Shown: positions 45,986-55,210, counted from the stretch's first letter. The stretch is DNA of 64,000 nucleotides from Ignavibacteriales bacterium (GCA_026390635.1 JAPLFO010000143.1:1890-65889), one strand, 5' to 3'. Notes: generated by a model not told the origin, from the letters alone. A program made the numbers and translations.

Positions 45986-46855
45986 ATGCTCGAACTCCAG
46001 ACAAAAATCAAACGCCAGATTGAGATCATCGGACTGGTCAGCGACACAAAAACAACATATCGCACCACCGATCTCGCGGATATTTTTTCCTGCGAGGAGC
46101 TGACGATCAAGCGCGATCTGCAGGACCTCCGCTCCGCCACCATCGATATTCATTCGGAACGACGCAAAGGGATTTGCATTACAACGCCGATTGATCAACG
46201 CATCGTGACGGAGCTCGTGCTGCAGTACGTGGGAATCTGCTACTCGCAGAATGCGATCGATAAGACGACGTCGCTGATGGTGCGAAAGAAGAAACTGCGG
46301 GCACTGCATGATATTGTTCATATTCAGCGATGTATCGAACAGCATCGGCTTGCGGTCATTGACTACGAGAAGGAAAAAACCGAGGTCGAAAAGGACAGGG
46401 AAATCGGACCGCTTCTCATTTTCCAGAGCGAGGGTCTGTACAGACTGCTTGCCCTGAACAACGGCAAGATCAAACAGTATCATTTGAACAAGATTCTCTC
46501 TCTGCGCGTGACGAACCGAAAATTCAAACCCGTCTCGCCGCAGGAACTGGAAGAGCTGTTCCGCTATTCATGGAAAAGCTGGCTGGGAAATGAACGGCAC
46601 ACCGTGAAGCTGCAGTTCACAAAAAAATGGATGGAATACAATCTCCACAATTTGATGGACACCGATTCCGTCGTGGAAAATGACGACGGCTCCGCCGTCA
46701 TTACGGTAACGGTGAATTCATTGACAGAAATTGCATCATGGATTGCCGGGCGGGGACACGGGGTTACCGTCCTTGAGCCTGAAGAACTAAAAACCAAAGT
46801 GATTGCATTGGCGCAGGGCGTATTAGCCAGTCAAACTGCCAATCATAAAGACTGA
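45986..46855 (+). CDS. HTH-WYL-WCX transcriptional regulator (BrxR/CapW-like architecture)
   Basis: N-terminal wHTH (RQIEIIGLVSDTKTTYRTTDLADIFSCEELTIKRDLQDL). Central WYL-like segment (RLAVIDYEKE...GPLLIFQSEGLYRLLALNNGKIKQYHLNKILSLRV). C-terminal module (TVTVNSLTEIASWIAGRGHGVTVLEPEELK). I chose the ATG at 45986. Confidence 0.7.
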   Translation: MLELQTKIKRQIEIIGLVSDTKTTYRTTDLADIFSCEELTIKRDLQDLRSATIDIHSERRKGICITTPIDQRIVTELVLQYVGICYSQNAIDKTTSLMVRKKKLRALHDIVHIQRCIEQHRLAVIDYEKEKTEVEKDREIGPLLIFQSEGLYRLLALNNGKIKQYHLNKILSLRVTNRKFKPVSPQELEELFRYSWKSWLGNERHTVKLQFTKKWMEYNLHNLMDTDSVVENDDGSAVITVTVNSLTEIASWIAGRGHGVTVLEPEELKTKVIALAQGVLASQTANHKD

Positions 46856-46897
46856 GCAGACGGATGTTGATCGAATGTTGGAGGAAGCGGATCGCCA

Positions 46898-47311
46898 TCA
46901 GGCGACGACCATGTTGTCCACTTCCATGTGTGAATCGCGATTGCCGGCGAGGATCGCGCGTATCTTCTCCTGAGCAAACCATTCCGGTTCAAGACCATTG
47001 AGTTCGGCAGTCGCCCGGAGAAATTTCTCCTCAAAAGGATGAATCTCCCCATCGGACTCAGCTACTTTCAAGCCGTCCTTAACAAAACACTCTGCCAGGC
47101 GTTTGGAAGAAAACGCCGGCGGCAGGGGAACAATGAACTTGTTCTCCAGGATTTCATTGATTGCATTTTCGTAGAAATGTTTTTCAAATCCCAGCGATTT
47201 GCCGACATGACGCATGAGATCCACCTCCTCGGGAGAGATGCGACGATCCTTGGCAACCAGAAGAAGCAGACCTCTGAAATAGTCCCCGCCTTCCTTCACT
47301 GATATATTCAT
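46898..47311 (-). CDS. TerB-like (tellurite-resistance TerB N-terminal fold) protein
   Basis: Two halves each with an (A/V)(K/E)(D/S)(R/D)(R/G)(I/E)(S/I)-type ADG-like motif: LLLVAKDRRISPEEVDLMRHVGKSLG and GLKVAESDGEIHPFEEKFLRATAELNG. Confidence 0.5.
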   Translation of the reverse strand: MNISVKEGGDYFRGLLLLVAKDRRISPEEVDLMRHVGKSLGFEKHFYENAINEILENKFIVPLPPAFSSKRLAECFVKDGLKVAESDGEIHPFEEKFLRATAELNGLEPEWFAQEKIRAILAGNRDSHMEVDNMVVA

Positions 47312-47351
47312 ATCTGAAACTCCTCCTTTCCATTCATCTGCGCCGCCATCA

Positions 47352-47526
47352 CTCTCGTTCCCAAGCTCCCAGATTGTGTGAAAACTATGGAGTTAGTCAT
47401 TGCGAGGCGTTTTCTGCCGAAGCAATCTTGCTTTTTGGTCAAAAAATGAAGATCGCCGCGTCGCTTCGCTCCTCGCGATGACATCTTCGGGAATTTTCAC
47501 ACAATCTCTCCGCTTGGGAACGTTCA
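47352..47526. repeat. Triple-nested palindromic composite element
   Basis: Outer arms CTCTCGTTCCCAAGC (47352) / GCTTGGGAACGTTCA (47512). Middle arms GATTGTGTGAAAA (47372) / TTTTCACACAATC (47494). Inner arms GTCATTGCGAGGCG (47397) / CGCTCCTCGCGATGAC (47467). Confidence 0.8.
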
Positions 47527-47646
47527 TTACCGAAGCTCTGCTTCGATCAACAATATCGAACTGATTTTTTGCCCGCCGCCCTAGAGAAATCAGCGTATCA
47601 AAGTATCAAAACCATTTTCTTCGCACCAACAAAACGCTTCGAAGGA

Positions 47647-47838
47647 TCACCTGCCGCGGCTCCAGGCGTTCACATAGGCAACATTGAAATTATTGTTTGC
47701 CAGACTGTCCATCATGCTTGCGATTTTTGCGCGGGAGATCCGTTCATTGCGGAACAGCCGGGCACCGCGAACTTCCTGCGTCCTCACCGGAATTGCCATA
47801 CACACCATCGTACAGACAAACAACATCAACCGTTTCAT
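47647..47838 (-). pseudogene. N-terminal fragment of an exported protein (possible GH10-like/DUF187-like), truncated next to a repeat element
   Basis: Signal peptide MKRLMLFVCTMVCMAIPVRTQE, then EVRGARLF...NFNVAYVNAWSRGR-stop. One downstream frame continues GDPSKRFVGAKK for a few codons only. Confidence 0.3.
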
Positions 47839-48467
47839 TTCTTCTTTTTCTTTTCCGGGATCGCAAAACCACGATCTGCTTTTGACATGGCCCCCGCGCT
47901 GTCTGTCGTTACGATTGTATAATTGATGGCGGAATTATTGCGCCACCGGATATCTTTGAAAACAACGCGGTGTTTTCCTTCCTGCGCTGAAGGCGTGATG
48001 ACATCCGGGACAGTATATGACGAAAGAGACGGCGAAGAGAAATCCACAATGCGGATTTTTTGAAGCTCACTCAGATACCGTTCGTAGATTGCAGCCTTTG
48101 TATTGTCACCGGACCAATACACGGCCGCAGCTTCACCGCTGAGGATCTCCCAATTGCCACCGGCAATATCGACGACGGCATACGCGTGGGCATCGGGAGC
48201 ATGGTGGATGATAATAACCGCCTTCGATCTGTCGGCAGATAATGAAAGGAGGGGAAGAAATGTCCCGAATCGCGGATTTGATGCTGCATCAACATCGAAT
48301 AGCGGGTCGAAAAGACGAATCAGCGGTTTCGGATTAGTGCCGGCAAACAACAGTCGTCCGCGGGGCTTCAAATAGGACGTGTCGGCAGTCAGACCCTGTG
48401 CATCGGCTATCGTTGTTGCCAGCGTAAAAATGATCATATAATGAGACAGCGTTCGCAGGTTTTTCAT
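47835..48467 (-). CDS. Secreted hypothetical protein
   Basis: AAGGAG RBS and signal peptide MKNLRTLSHYMIIFTLATTIADAQG. Ends in a K-run; the stop overlaps the next ATG (ATGA). Confidence 0.5.
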   Translation of the reverse strand: MKNLRTLSHYMIIFTLATTIADAQGLTADTSYLKPRGRLLFAGTNPKPLIRLFDPLFDVDAASNPRFGTFLPLLSLSADRSKAVIIIHHAPDAHAYAVVDIAGGNWEILSGEAAAVYWSGDNTKAAIYERYLSELQKIRIVDFSSPSLSSYTVPDVITPSAQEGKHRVVFKDIRWRNNSAINYTIVTTDSAGAMSKADRGFAIPEKKKKK

Positions 48468-48633
48468 CTATGAATGCTCCTTGGTGACAATAAAAGGTAG
48501 GAAATCAAATCACGGGGTTCAAGACGAACGTCCCGACAGACGCCGCAGATCCCCGGAGCAAACGCAGGAAGATATTCTTCTTCCAAATCACTATATTGCA
48601 CCTACCGATTTACATGATCCGGAAAGCATATCT

Positions 48634-48996
48634 ATGAAGAAAATTCTTGTCCTTGAAGATGAGCCGGGCATGTTGTCCTGGCTAAAGGCGCTTCTGAAGA
48701 CCCGCGGCTTTGATGTCATCGCAATCGATGACGGACTTGCCGGCATCCAGACGGCGATAGCAGAAGTCCCCGACCTCATCATCAGCGACATAATGCTGGA
48801 CAATGCAAACGGCTTTTTGATCCGGGAAGAACTGCAGGAAAATCCCGTAACAAAAAATATTCCCTACATTTTCATGACCGGAGCTGCTGATGTTGCCGGT
48901 GCCTGGGAGTCTGAAGAAGACGTACAGTATCTGACGAAACCTTTTTCGGCGACAGAACTCATGGAAGCGGTTCGAAAGCAGATAGGCGGGCAGTAG
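48634..48996 (+). CDS. Stand-alone response-regulator receiver (CheY-like)
   Basis: MKKILVLEDEPGM...DLIISDIMLDNANG...IFMTGAADV...LTKPF. I chose the ATG at 48634. Confidence 0.8.
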   Translation: MKKILVLEDEPGMLSWLKALLKTRGFDVIAIDDGLAGIQTAIAEVPDLIISDIMLDNANGFLIREELQENPVTKNIPYIFMTGAADVAGAWESEEDVQYLTKPFSATELMEAVRKQIGGQ

Positions 48997-49005
48997 ACAT
49001 AAAAA

Positions 49006-49045
49006 GGGCGTCACACACGCGAGGTGATATGACGCCCCTCATTCT
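49006..49045 (+). terminator. Stem-loop after the receiver gene
   Basis: GGGCGTCA - 16 nt - TGACGCCC followed by CTCATTCTTG. Confidence 0.4.
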
Positions 49046-49105
49046 TGAATCAGTACCCTTATATCCTTGCAGTTGGCCGATACTGCTGAAAAAAATATGC
49101 ATTGC

Positions 49106-49142
49106 AAAAAAAATCCCGTCACTGCGACGGGATTTTTTTTGT
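49106..49142. terminator. Bidirectional intrinsic terminator
   Basis: An A-run, then ATCCCGTC-ACTGC-GACGGGAT, then a T-run (49113-49133 stem-loop). Lies between convergent genes. Confidence 0.65.
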
Positions 49143-49175
49143 CTTTGTCTGTTCCGGCCCCCAAAAAGAGAGTTC

Positions 49176-52100
49176 TTATCCTTTGACCGCCTTCGATCTG
49201 GCCAGCATGCGGGCATCGATTTCCAGTACTTTCGGCACAAATGGCGAAGATTCGGATATCTGATCGGCAAAATATCCCAACCTGATCTTCTCTGCATTGC
49301 CTCTATTTATGCCGAAACCCTTCAACTCATCGGTAACTTCTTCGATGCTGCCAAATTCAATTTTTTGTCCTGCCAGCTCAGCCAGACATGCAATAATATC
49401 CGCCGTCCGGTATCCGTTCAGCGGTTCGCCGATCGGATTTGTCCGCTGCTCCATGCCGCACCAGTTTGTCAGGTGACCATCGGTTTCCAGATATCCGGAA
49501 AGCGGCAGGAAGACATCCGCCGCCTGCGCTGTCTCTGTCAGAAACATATCCGCCACGACCAGGAATTCCAGATTGTTGATGAGGCCGTTGTGCTCCGGTG
49601 CCGCCGCAGGATTTTCTCCCAGGACAAATGCCGAGCGGATCGTATCGCTGCGCAGCTTGCGTCCGATATTTGATCCGGACACGTCAATCATTTTTTGAAG
49701 ATCTGCATTCCACTTCCCGGAAGTTTTCTTCATTGCGTCGCTGTTTTTTATCGAATACCCGCCGGGAAGCAGCGATGCATCAAATCCCGACGTCTGCATT
49801 CCGGTATTGTTGCACTGGCCCGTGAGCAATGCCAAACCCGAGCCGTTGCCGCTGATCTTGCCGATGATGGTGAGAAGGGACGCAAGCGCTGCAAGATCGC
49901 CCGTTGCCCGATCCATTCTGCTTTCGATATGATAATAGGCGACAATTTTCTTTGATGGATCAGCAAGGATCTCGGCGATACGCTCAATCGTCTCCGGGGC
50001 AACGCCTGTAATCGACGCTACTTCGGTGCGATGATACTTGGCTGCGGCTTCCTTGAATTGTCCAAAGTTTTCGGTATTGATGACAATGAATTTCTGATCA
50101 ACCGCGCCGCGCCGGATCAGTTCCGCAATGACGCCGTTGAGCAGTTGTGTTGCTGTACCGCGCCGTGCATCCGCCCACACTGTTGCATACCGGGTCAGAT
50201 CGATCTGCGCGGAGTTGATGACAATGGACGGCGTGCCGTTCTTAATCCGGCGCTTCATGCGCCAGCCGATGACCGGCGTTTCAACGGTGGGATTCCCGCC
50301 CACCACAATGTACAGATCGGCGTTCTCCACATCCTCCATCGTCACCGTGGACGATGTGATTCCGAGCATATTGTCCAGCGCATGATAATCGGCCTCGTTA
50401 ACGGCGCGGTGGAATGAGAGAATATTATTTGTCCCGAGCGCAGTGCGTGCAAATCGTCCGGCAAGATAGAGCTCTTCATTTGTCAGCTTCGGAGATGCGG
50501 AAACAATAAATGCATCCGGCGAGTGTGCGTCACGAATCCGCTGCACTCCGTTTTTGATTTCAGCGAACGCCTCTTCCCAGGTCGCGGGAACGAGGGCGCC
50601 TTCTTTGCGAACCATCGGCTTCAGCGCCCGGCTGCCGTCAAGGTAGTGCTGATAGCCAAATCTGCCCCACATGCACAATTCACCGTTGTTTGGTTTTGTG
50701 TCGGGCGGCGCGCCCATTACATAAAAGAGATCCGGCGTTTTTACCTGCAGCGTGATATTGCATCCGACGGAACAGTAATTGCAGACGTTGTAGACTGCTT
50801 CCATTTTCCATGGACCGGAACGGCGGAACGGCATCTTCTCAACCAATGCTCCGGTTGGACAGACGTCGATGCAATTGCCGCATGAAACGCAATTTGTTTC
50901 CTGCAGCGCTTTCTCCATCGCCGGCTTCACGATCGTCCGGAATCCGCGGTTCACAAAGCCCAGCGCAGAGATGTTCAGCACTTCGGAGCAGGTGTTGACG
51001 CAACGCCCGCAGCGGATACATTTGTTCGAATCGATTTTGATGTACGGATGACGTGTGTCGACTTTGTATTTGTTAAATGCGCCGACAAATCGTTTCTGCT
51101 CGACGCCGTACTCTGTACAATAATCCTGCAGTCTGCATGCCAGACCGACATCGCATCCGCATTCAGCACATCGGAACGATTCGGTGATGGCTGTTTGATC
51201 GTCATACCCCGACTCGACTTCTCTAAATCCGAGAATGCGTTCCAGCGCAGGAATTTCCGACAGCTTGTGCTGCTCCGATCGCTCTGTCACAGGAATATCT
51301 GCCGCCGTCAATTTGTGGAAATTGTCTCGTTTGCTTTCAAAGCGCTGCGTCAGCGGCTCGATAACGCCGGTGCCGATGTACTTGTCGATCGCTCGTGCCG
51401 CCATACGACCGGCTGCGATGGCATCGATCGCGTCCGCGGGACCGGTAACGACATCGCCGCCTGCAAAAACTCCCGGCCGGTCGGTGTCAAACGTGCCGTC
51501 TTTGGCGGAGAGCGTTTTCCATTTTGTGACCTTGATCTTTTCATCACCGTCCACACCGGTCAGATTCGTATCCTGTCCGATCGCAGAAATTACCCAGTCG
51601 CATGTCAGTGAATATTCCGAACCCTTCATCGGCACGGGGCGGCGTCGGCCGCTGGCGTCAGGCTCACCCAATTCCATGCGAATACATTCAACAGAAGCCA
51701 GACGGTCTCCTTCAATATTGATGCGCACGGGTGCGGCGAGCAGTTCCATCTTCACGCCTTCATGCTCCGCCGCTTCAATCTCGACGATATTGGCGGGCAT
51801 TTCACTGCGTGTGCGACGGTATAACAGAATCACTTCCTTTGCACCGAGACGCAGCGACGTACGCGCCGCATCAACTGCCGTGTTGCCCCCGCCCACCACG
51901 ACAACGCGTCCCCCGACGGGAGGATTGGTTTTCAACTGAACCTGCCGCAGAAAATCGACACCGGTCAGAACTCCCGGAACATATTCGTTTTCCACCTGCA
52001 TCGGCTTTCCCACCTGCGCACCGAGAGCGACGAAAACAGATTTGAATCCCTGCGCGAACAGATCGTCTATGGTGAAGTCTTTTCCAAGGGAGATATTTGT

Positions 52101-52877
52101 TTTGACTTCGACACCAAACGAAGTGATCCACCCGATTTCTTTGTCGAGCACTTCTTTCGGCAGACGATATTCGGGAATGCCGTAGCGCAGCATTCCGCCG
52201 AGTTCCGGCAACGATTCAAATATTGTCGGACGATATCCTTCGATCGCAAGATAGTATGCACTTGTCAATCCGGCCGGGCCGCCGCCAATGATTGCCACAC
52301 GGGTACCGTTATCCGCTTTCGTTTCCGGTTTCCACATTTCTCCGATCATATCCTGATCGGCGGCATAGCGCTTCAGGAAGTCGATGCCGACCGGCTCATC
52401 CACAATCGCCCGGCGGCAGTTCAGTTCGCACTTGCGCGTACATACGCGGCCGCAGACGAGCGGCAGTGGATTCTTTTCTTTGATCAGCGCCACGGCTTCT
52501 TTGAACTTGCCGAGATGAATCAGCGACATATATCCCTGAATATCAACATCGGCTGGACAATTCAAGCGGCACGGACCGAAACAATCCGCGTAATGATCGG
52601 ACAAGAGAAGTTCCAGGCAGGTTTTCCGCGCTTTCCGCACACGCTCGGAGCGTGTCTGGATTTTCATCCCTTCCGCCACCTTCGTTGAACATGCGGTGAA
52701 GAGTTTCGCCTGTCCCTCGATTTCAACGACGCAGAGAAAGCAGGAACCGAACGGTTTCATTTTCTCGTCATAACAGAGCGTCGGAATCGTGTCGAGCTTC
52801 TGGTCGTTACAGACTTGAAGAATCGTCCTGTCCGGCGAAGCGGTGATTGTGTTGCCGTTGATTGTCAGCGTTACCAT
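49176..52877 (-). CDS. Fused 2Fe-2S ferredoxin / GltD-like NAD(P)H flavoprotein / 2x[4Fe-4S] / molybdopterin-oxidoreductase-like (MopB) subunit
   Basis: N-terminus: MVTLTINGN...CYDEKMKPFGSCFLCVVEI. GltD-like: VAIIGGGPAGLTSAYYL...GGMLRYGIPEYRLP...VVVVGGGNTAVDAARTS. Ferredoxin motifs: CIRCGRCVNTC and CVSCGNCIDVCP. MopB cluster: CNYCSVGCNI. I chose the ATG at 52877. Confidence 0.8.
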   Translation of the reverse strand: MVTLTINGNTITASPDRTILQVCNDQKLDTIPTLCYDEKMKPFGSCFLCVVEIEGQAKLFTACSTKVAEGMKIQTRSERVRKARKTCLELLLSDHYADCFGPCRLNCPADVDIQGYMSLIHLGKFKEAVALIKEKNPLPLVCGRVCTRKCELNCRRAIVDEPVGIDFLKRYAADQDMIGEMWKPETKADNGTRVAIIGGGPAGLTSAYYLAIEGYRPTIFESLPELGGMLRYGIPEYRLPKEVLDKEIGWITSFGVEVKTNISLGKDFTIDDLFAQGFKSVFVALGAQVGKPMQVENEYVPGVLTGVDFLRQVQLKTNPPVGGRVVVVGGGNTAVDAARTSLRLGAKEVILLYRRTRSEMPANIVEIEAAEHEGVKMELLAAPVRINIEGDRLASVECIRMELGEPDASGRRRPVPMKGSEYSLTCDWVISAIGQDTNLTGVDGDEKIKVTKWKTLSAKDGTFDTDRPGVFAGGDVVTGPADAIDAIAAGRMAARAIDKYIGTGVIEPLTQRFESKRDNFHKLTAADIPVTERSEQHKLSEIPALERILGFREVESGYDDQTAITESFRCAECGCDVGLACRLQDYCTEYGVEQKRFVGAFNKYKVDTRHPYIKIDSNKCIRCGRCVNTCSEVLNISALGFVNRGFRTIVKPAMEKALQETNCVSCGNCIDVCPTGALVEKMPFRRSGPWKMEAVYNVCNYCSVGCNITLQVKTPDLFYVMGAPPDTKPNNGELCMWGRFGYQHYLDGSRALKPMVRKEGALVPATWEEAFAEIKNGVQRIRDAHSPDAFIVSASPKLTNEELYLAGRFARTALGTNNILSFHRAVNEADYHALDNMLGITSSTVTMEDVENADLYIVVGGNPTVETPVIGWRMKRRIKNGTPSIVINSAQIDLTRYATVWADARRGTATQLLNGVIAELIRRGAVDQKFIVINTENFGQFKEAAAKYHRTEVASITGVAPETIERIAEILADPSKKIVAYYHIESRMDRATGDLAALASLLTIIGKISGNGSGLALLTGQCNNTGMQTSGFDASLLPGGYSIKNSDAMKKTSGKWNADLQKMIDVSGSNIGRKLRSDTIRSAFVLGENPAAAPEHNGLINNLEFLVVADMFLTETAQAADVFLPLSGYLETDGHLTNWCGMEQRTNPIGEPLNGYRTADIIACLAELAGQKIEFGSIEEVTDELKGFGINRGNAEKIRLGYFADQISESSPFVPKVLEIDARMLARSKAVKG

Positions 52878-52895
52878 GAAGTCCTCGTTCTTTTT

Positions 52896-52925
52896 GCCAC
52901 AGAGATCACAGAGCACACAGAGAAC
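52896..52925. repeat. CACAGAGAAC-family repeat, left inverted arm flanking the GxxExxY gene
   Basis: The reverse complement of gccacagagatcacagagcacacagagaac matches 53387-53415 at 27 of 29 positions. Confidence 0.8.
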
Positions 52926-52996
52926 TTTCTTCTCGATGTTTTCTGCAACGCTGTGATTAACACTTGCTTTGCTATGTTACGCTTAAATATTGGAGC

Positions 52997-53359
52997 TTAC
53001 AGTGAAATTCTTTGGACGCCGTCGACGAGGCGCTTTTCTCCAAAATTGATAATAAGTGCTCTTCGAAGGCCGGTTGCTTTTAGATATGATAATACTTGTG
53101 CCGTTGCTATTTCGGGAATATGTCGTACTGATTTCAATTCAACAATGATTTGTTTTTCCACAAGCAAATCGATTCGTTGACCTTTGAGAATCCTTCCTTT
53201 GTACTCGACATCAACTTCCACTTCCCGCTCGCACTGAATACCTCGCTCTTCAAATTCTGCAGCCAGCGCCTGGGAATAAATCATTTCCAATAAGCCCGGA
53301 CTGAGAATTCTATGCACTTCTATTGCGGCCCCGATAATTTTCTGAGTTGCAACATCCAT
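52997..53359 (-). CDS. GxxExxY-family protein (PD-(D/E)XK-like)
   Basis: IGAAIEVHRILSPGLLEMIYSQAL contains G-LL-E-MI-Y. Then RIDLLVEKQIIVELKSV (D...ExK). Confidence 0.8.
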   Translation of the reverse strand: MDVATQKIIGAAIEVHRILSPGLLEMIYSQALAAEFEERGIQCEREVEVDVEYKGRILKGQRIDLLVEKQIIVELKSVRHIPEIATAQVLSYLKATGLRRALIINFGEKRLVDGVQRISL

Positions 53360-53386
53360 AATTCCCCCGATGACTATGGATTATAT

Positions 53387-53415
53387 TTCTCTGTGTCCTC
53401 TGTGACCTCTGTGGC
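53387..53415. repeat. CACAGAGAAC-family repeat, right inverted arm flanking the GxxExxY gene
   Basis: ttctctgtgtcctctgtgacctctgtggc. Confidence 0.8.
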
Positions 53416-53424
53416 AAATATTTT

Positions 53425-55182
53425 TTACAATTTATCCACCGCATCGAATCGGCAGACAGTAAAGCACTTGCCGCATTTGATGCACGCCTCCTGATCGACC
53501 ACGTGTATTTCTTTCCGACTGCCGGTGATGGCGTTCGACGCACACGCTTTGGCGCATACCGTGCAGCCGGTGCATTTATCGTTGATGGTATACGTCAGCA
53601 GCGAAGCACATACATGTGCCGGACACTTCTTTTCCTGAATATGCGCCACATATTCGTCGCGGAAGTACTTCAATGTTGTGATGACGGGATTCGGTGCCGA
53701 CTGCCCAAGACCGCAGAGCGTGGCGGACTTGATCTGCAGGCTGAGTTCTTCCAGATTATCGAGGTCATTCATCGTCCCCTGTCCGATACTGATCCGCTCG
53801 AGGATTTCCAGCATTCGTTTCGTTCCGATCCGGCAGAAGGTGCATTTACCGCATGATTCAGATTGCGTAAAGGTCAGAAAGTAGCGCGCCACATCCACCA
53901 TACAGGTGGTTTCGTCCATCACGATCAGACCGCCGGAGCCCATAATGGCGCCGGTCTTGTTGATCTGCTGGTAGTCGATCGGCGTTTCACACATTGATGC
54001 CGGAATGCAGCCGCCGGACGGGCCGCCCATCTGCACTGCCTTGAACTTCCGGTCGTTGACGATACCGCCGCACACGTCGAAAATAATCTTGTTGATGGTG
54101 ATACCCATCGGTACTTCGACGAGGCCGGTACGGCGGACTTTGCCCGCCATTGCGAATACTTTCGTTCCTTTGGAATCCGCTGTACCATACGCCGCATAGG
54201 CGGCGCCGCCGTTGAGAATAATCCAGGAAATGTTGGCAAACGTTTCGACATTATTGATGCTGGTCGGTCTTCCCCACAGACCTGCATTCGCGGGAAACGG
54301 CGGACGGAAACGCGGCATGCCGCGGCGGCCTTCGATGGATGCGATAAGTGCCGTTTCTTCTCCGCACACAAAAGCGCCGGCGCCTTCTTTGATCTTTATG
54401 TCAAACGAAAAATGTGTACCAAGAATATTTTTTCCAAGATAGCCTTTACGCCGGGCCTGTCCGATAGCCTGATTCAATCGTGCAATTGCTTTTGGATATT
54501 CCGCACGGCAATAGATATATAAATCATCGGAGCCGACAGCATAGGCGGCAATGATCATTCCCTCAAGCACCGCATGAGGATCACTCTCGAGCACAGAGCG
54601 GTCCATAAACGCACCCGGATCACCCTCGTCTGCATTGCAGATGATGTATTTCTTTGTTCCTGCTGCTGCCCGGGTGAGTTTCCATTTTGTTCCCGTCGGG
54701 AATCCCGCACCGCCGCGGCCGCGTAATCCGGATTTCAGCACCTCATCGATGACCGATTCCGGCGTCATCGTTTTCAGAACTTTTTCCAACGCCTGATAGC
54801 CGCCGGTACCGACATATTCCTCCATCGATCCGGGATCGATCTTCCCGCAGTTGCGCAGCACAATGCGCGTCTGGTTTTCGAAGAATCCCTTCTCTCGGCC
54901 GGCACCACTCACCAGCCAGTCTTCGATGACCGTATTGCCGATGACATCTTCATCGACAATGCGGCCGACACGTTCCGGTGTGACATCGCCGTACATATGC
55001 GATACATCGCCGCCATTGGAGATCTCAACCAACACTTCGCGATAACACATACCGACGCATCCGGTTTCTTTGATCTGAAATGTTCCCGGATGTTCCTTCA
55101 ACTCATCGTGAAATGCCTTGAAGACTTTTTCACCTCCCGCGGAAACTCCGCAGGTACCCAAGCCGATGGTAATGGTTTTCAT
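53425..55182 (-). CDS. NuoF/HndC-like NADH-binding flavoprotein subunit (N-terminal 2Fe-2S, C-terminal 2x[4Fe-4S])
   Basis: GLRGRGGAGFPTGTKW (FMN/NADH site), ESCGKCTFCRIGT, and CTGCTVCAKAC...CIKCGKCFTVC. I chose the ATG at 55182 (MKTITIGLGTCG); upstream codons are repeat-derived. Confidence 0.85.
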   Translation of the reverse strand: MKTITIGLGTCGVSAGGEKVFKAFHDELKEHPGTFQIKETGCVGMCYREVLVEISNGGDVSHMYGDVTPERVGRIVDEDVIGNTVIEDWLVSGAGREKGFFENQTRIVLRNCGKIDPGSMEEYVGTGGYQALEKVLKTMTPESVIDEVLKSGLRGRGGAGFPTGTKWKLTRAAAGTKKYIICNADEGDPGAFMDRSVLESDPHAVLEGMIIAAYAVGSDDLYIYCRAEYPKAIARLNQAIGQARRKGYLGKNILGTHFSFDIKIKEGAGAFVCGEETALIASIEGRRGMPRFRPPFPANAGLWGRPTSINNVETFANISWIILNGGAAYAAYGTADSKGTKVFAMAGKVRRTGLVEVPMGITINKIIFDVCGGIVNDRKFKAVQMGGPSGGCIPASMCETPIDYQQINKTGAIMGSGGLIVMDETTCMVDVARYFLTFTQSESCGKCTFCRIGTKRMLEILERISIGQGTMNDLDNLEELSLQIKSATLCGLGQSAPNPVITTLKYFRDEYVAHIQEKKCPAHVCASLLTYTINDKCTGCTVCAKACASNAITGSRKEIHVVDQEACIKCGKCFTVCRFDAVDKL

Positions 55183-55210
55183 AATGCGTTTGTCCATAAA
55201 GAGAATTTTT

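Noticed and set aside
46898-47311. TerB-like protein + WYL regulator as a defined tellurite-resistance or defence operon
   Set aside because: The genes are convergent, not co-transcribed. No TerC/TerD/TerA or effector genes are nearby.
49176-52877. Selenocysteine- or Cys-dependent formate dehydrogenase
   Set aside because: There is no in-frame TGA, and by-eye alignment puts Val at the FdhH Sec140 position. No SECIS-like hairpin was looked for beyond that. It is called a MopB-like scaffold rather than an FDH.
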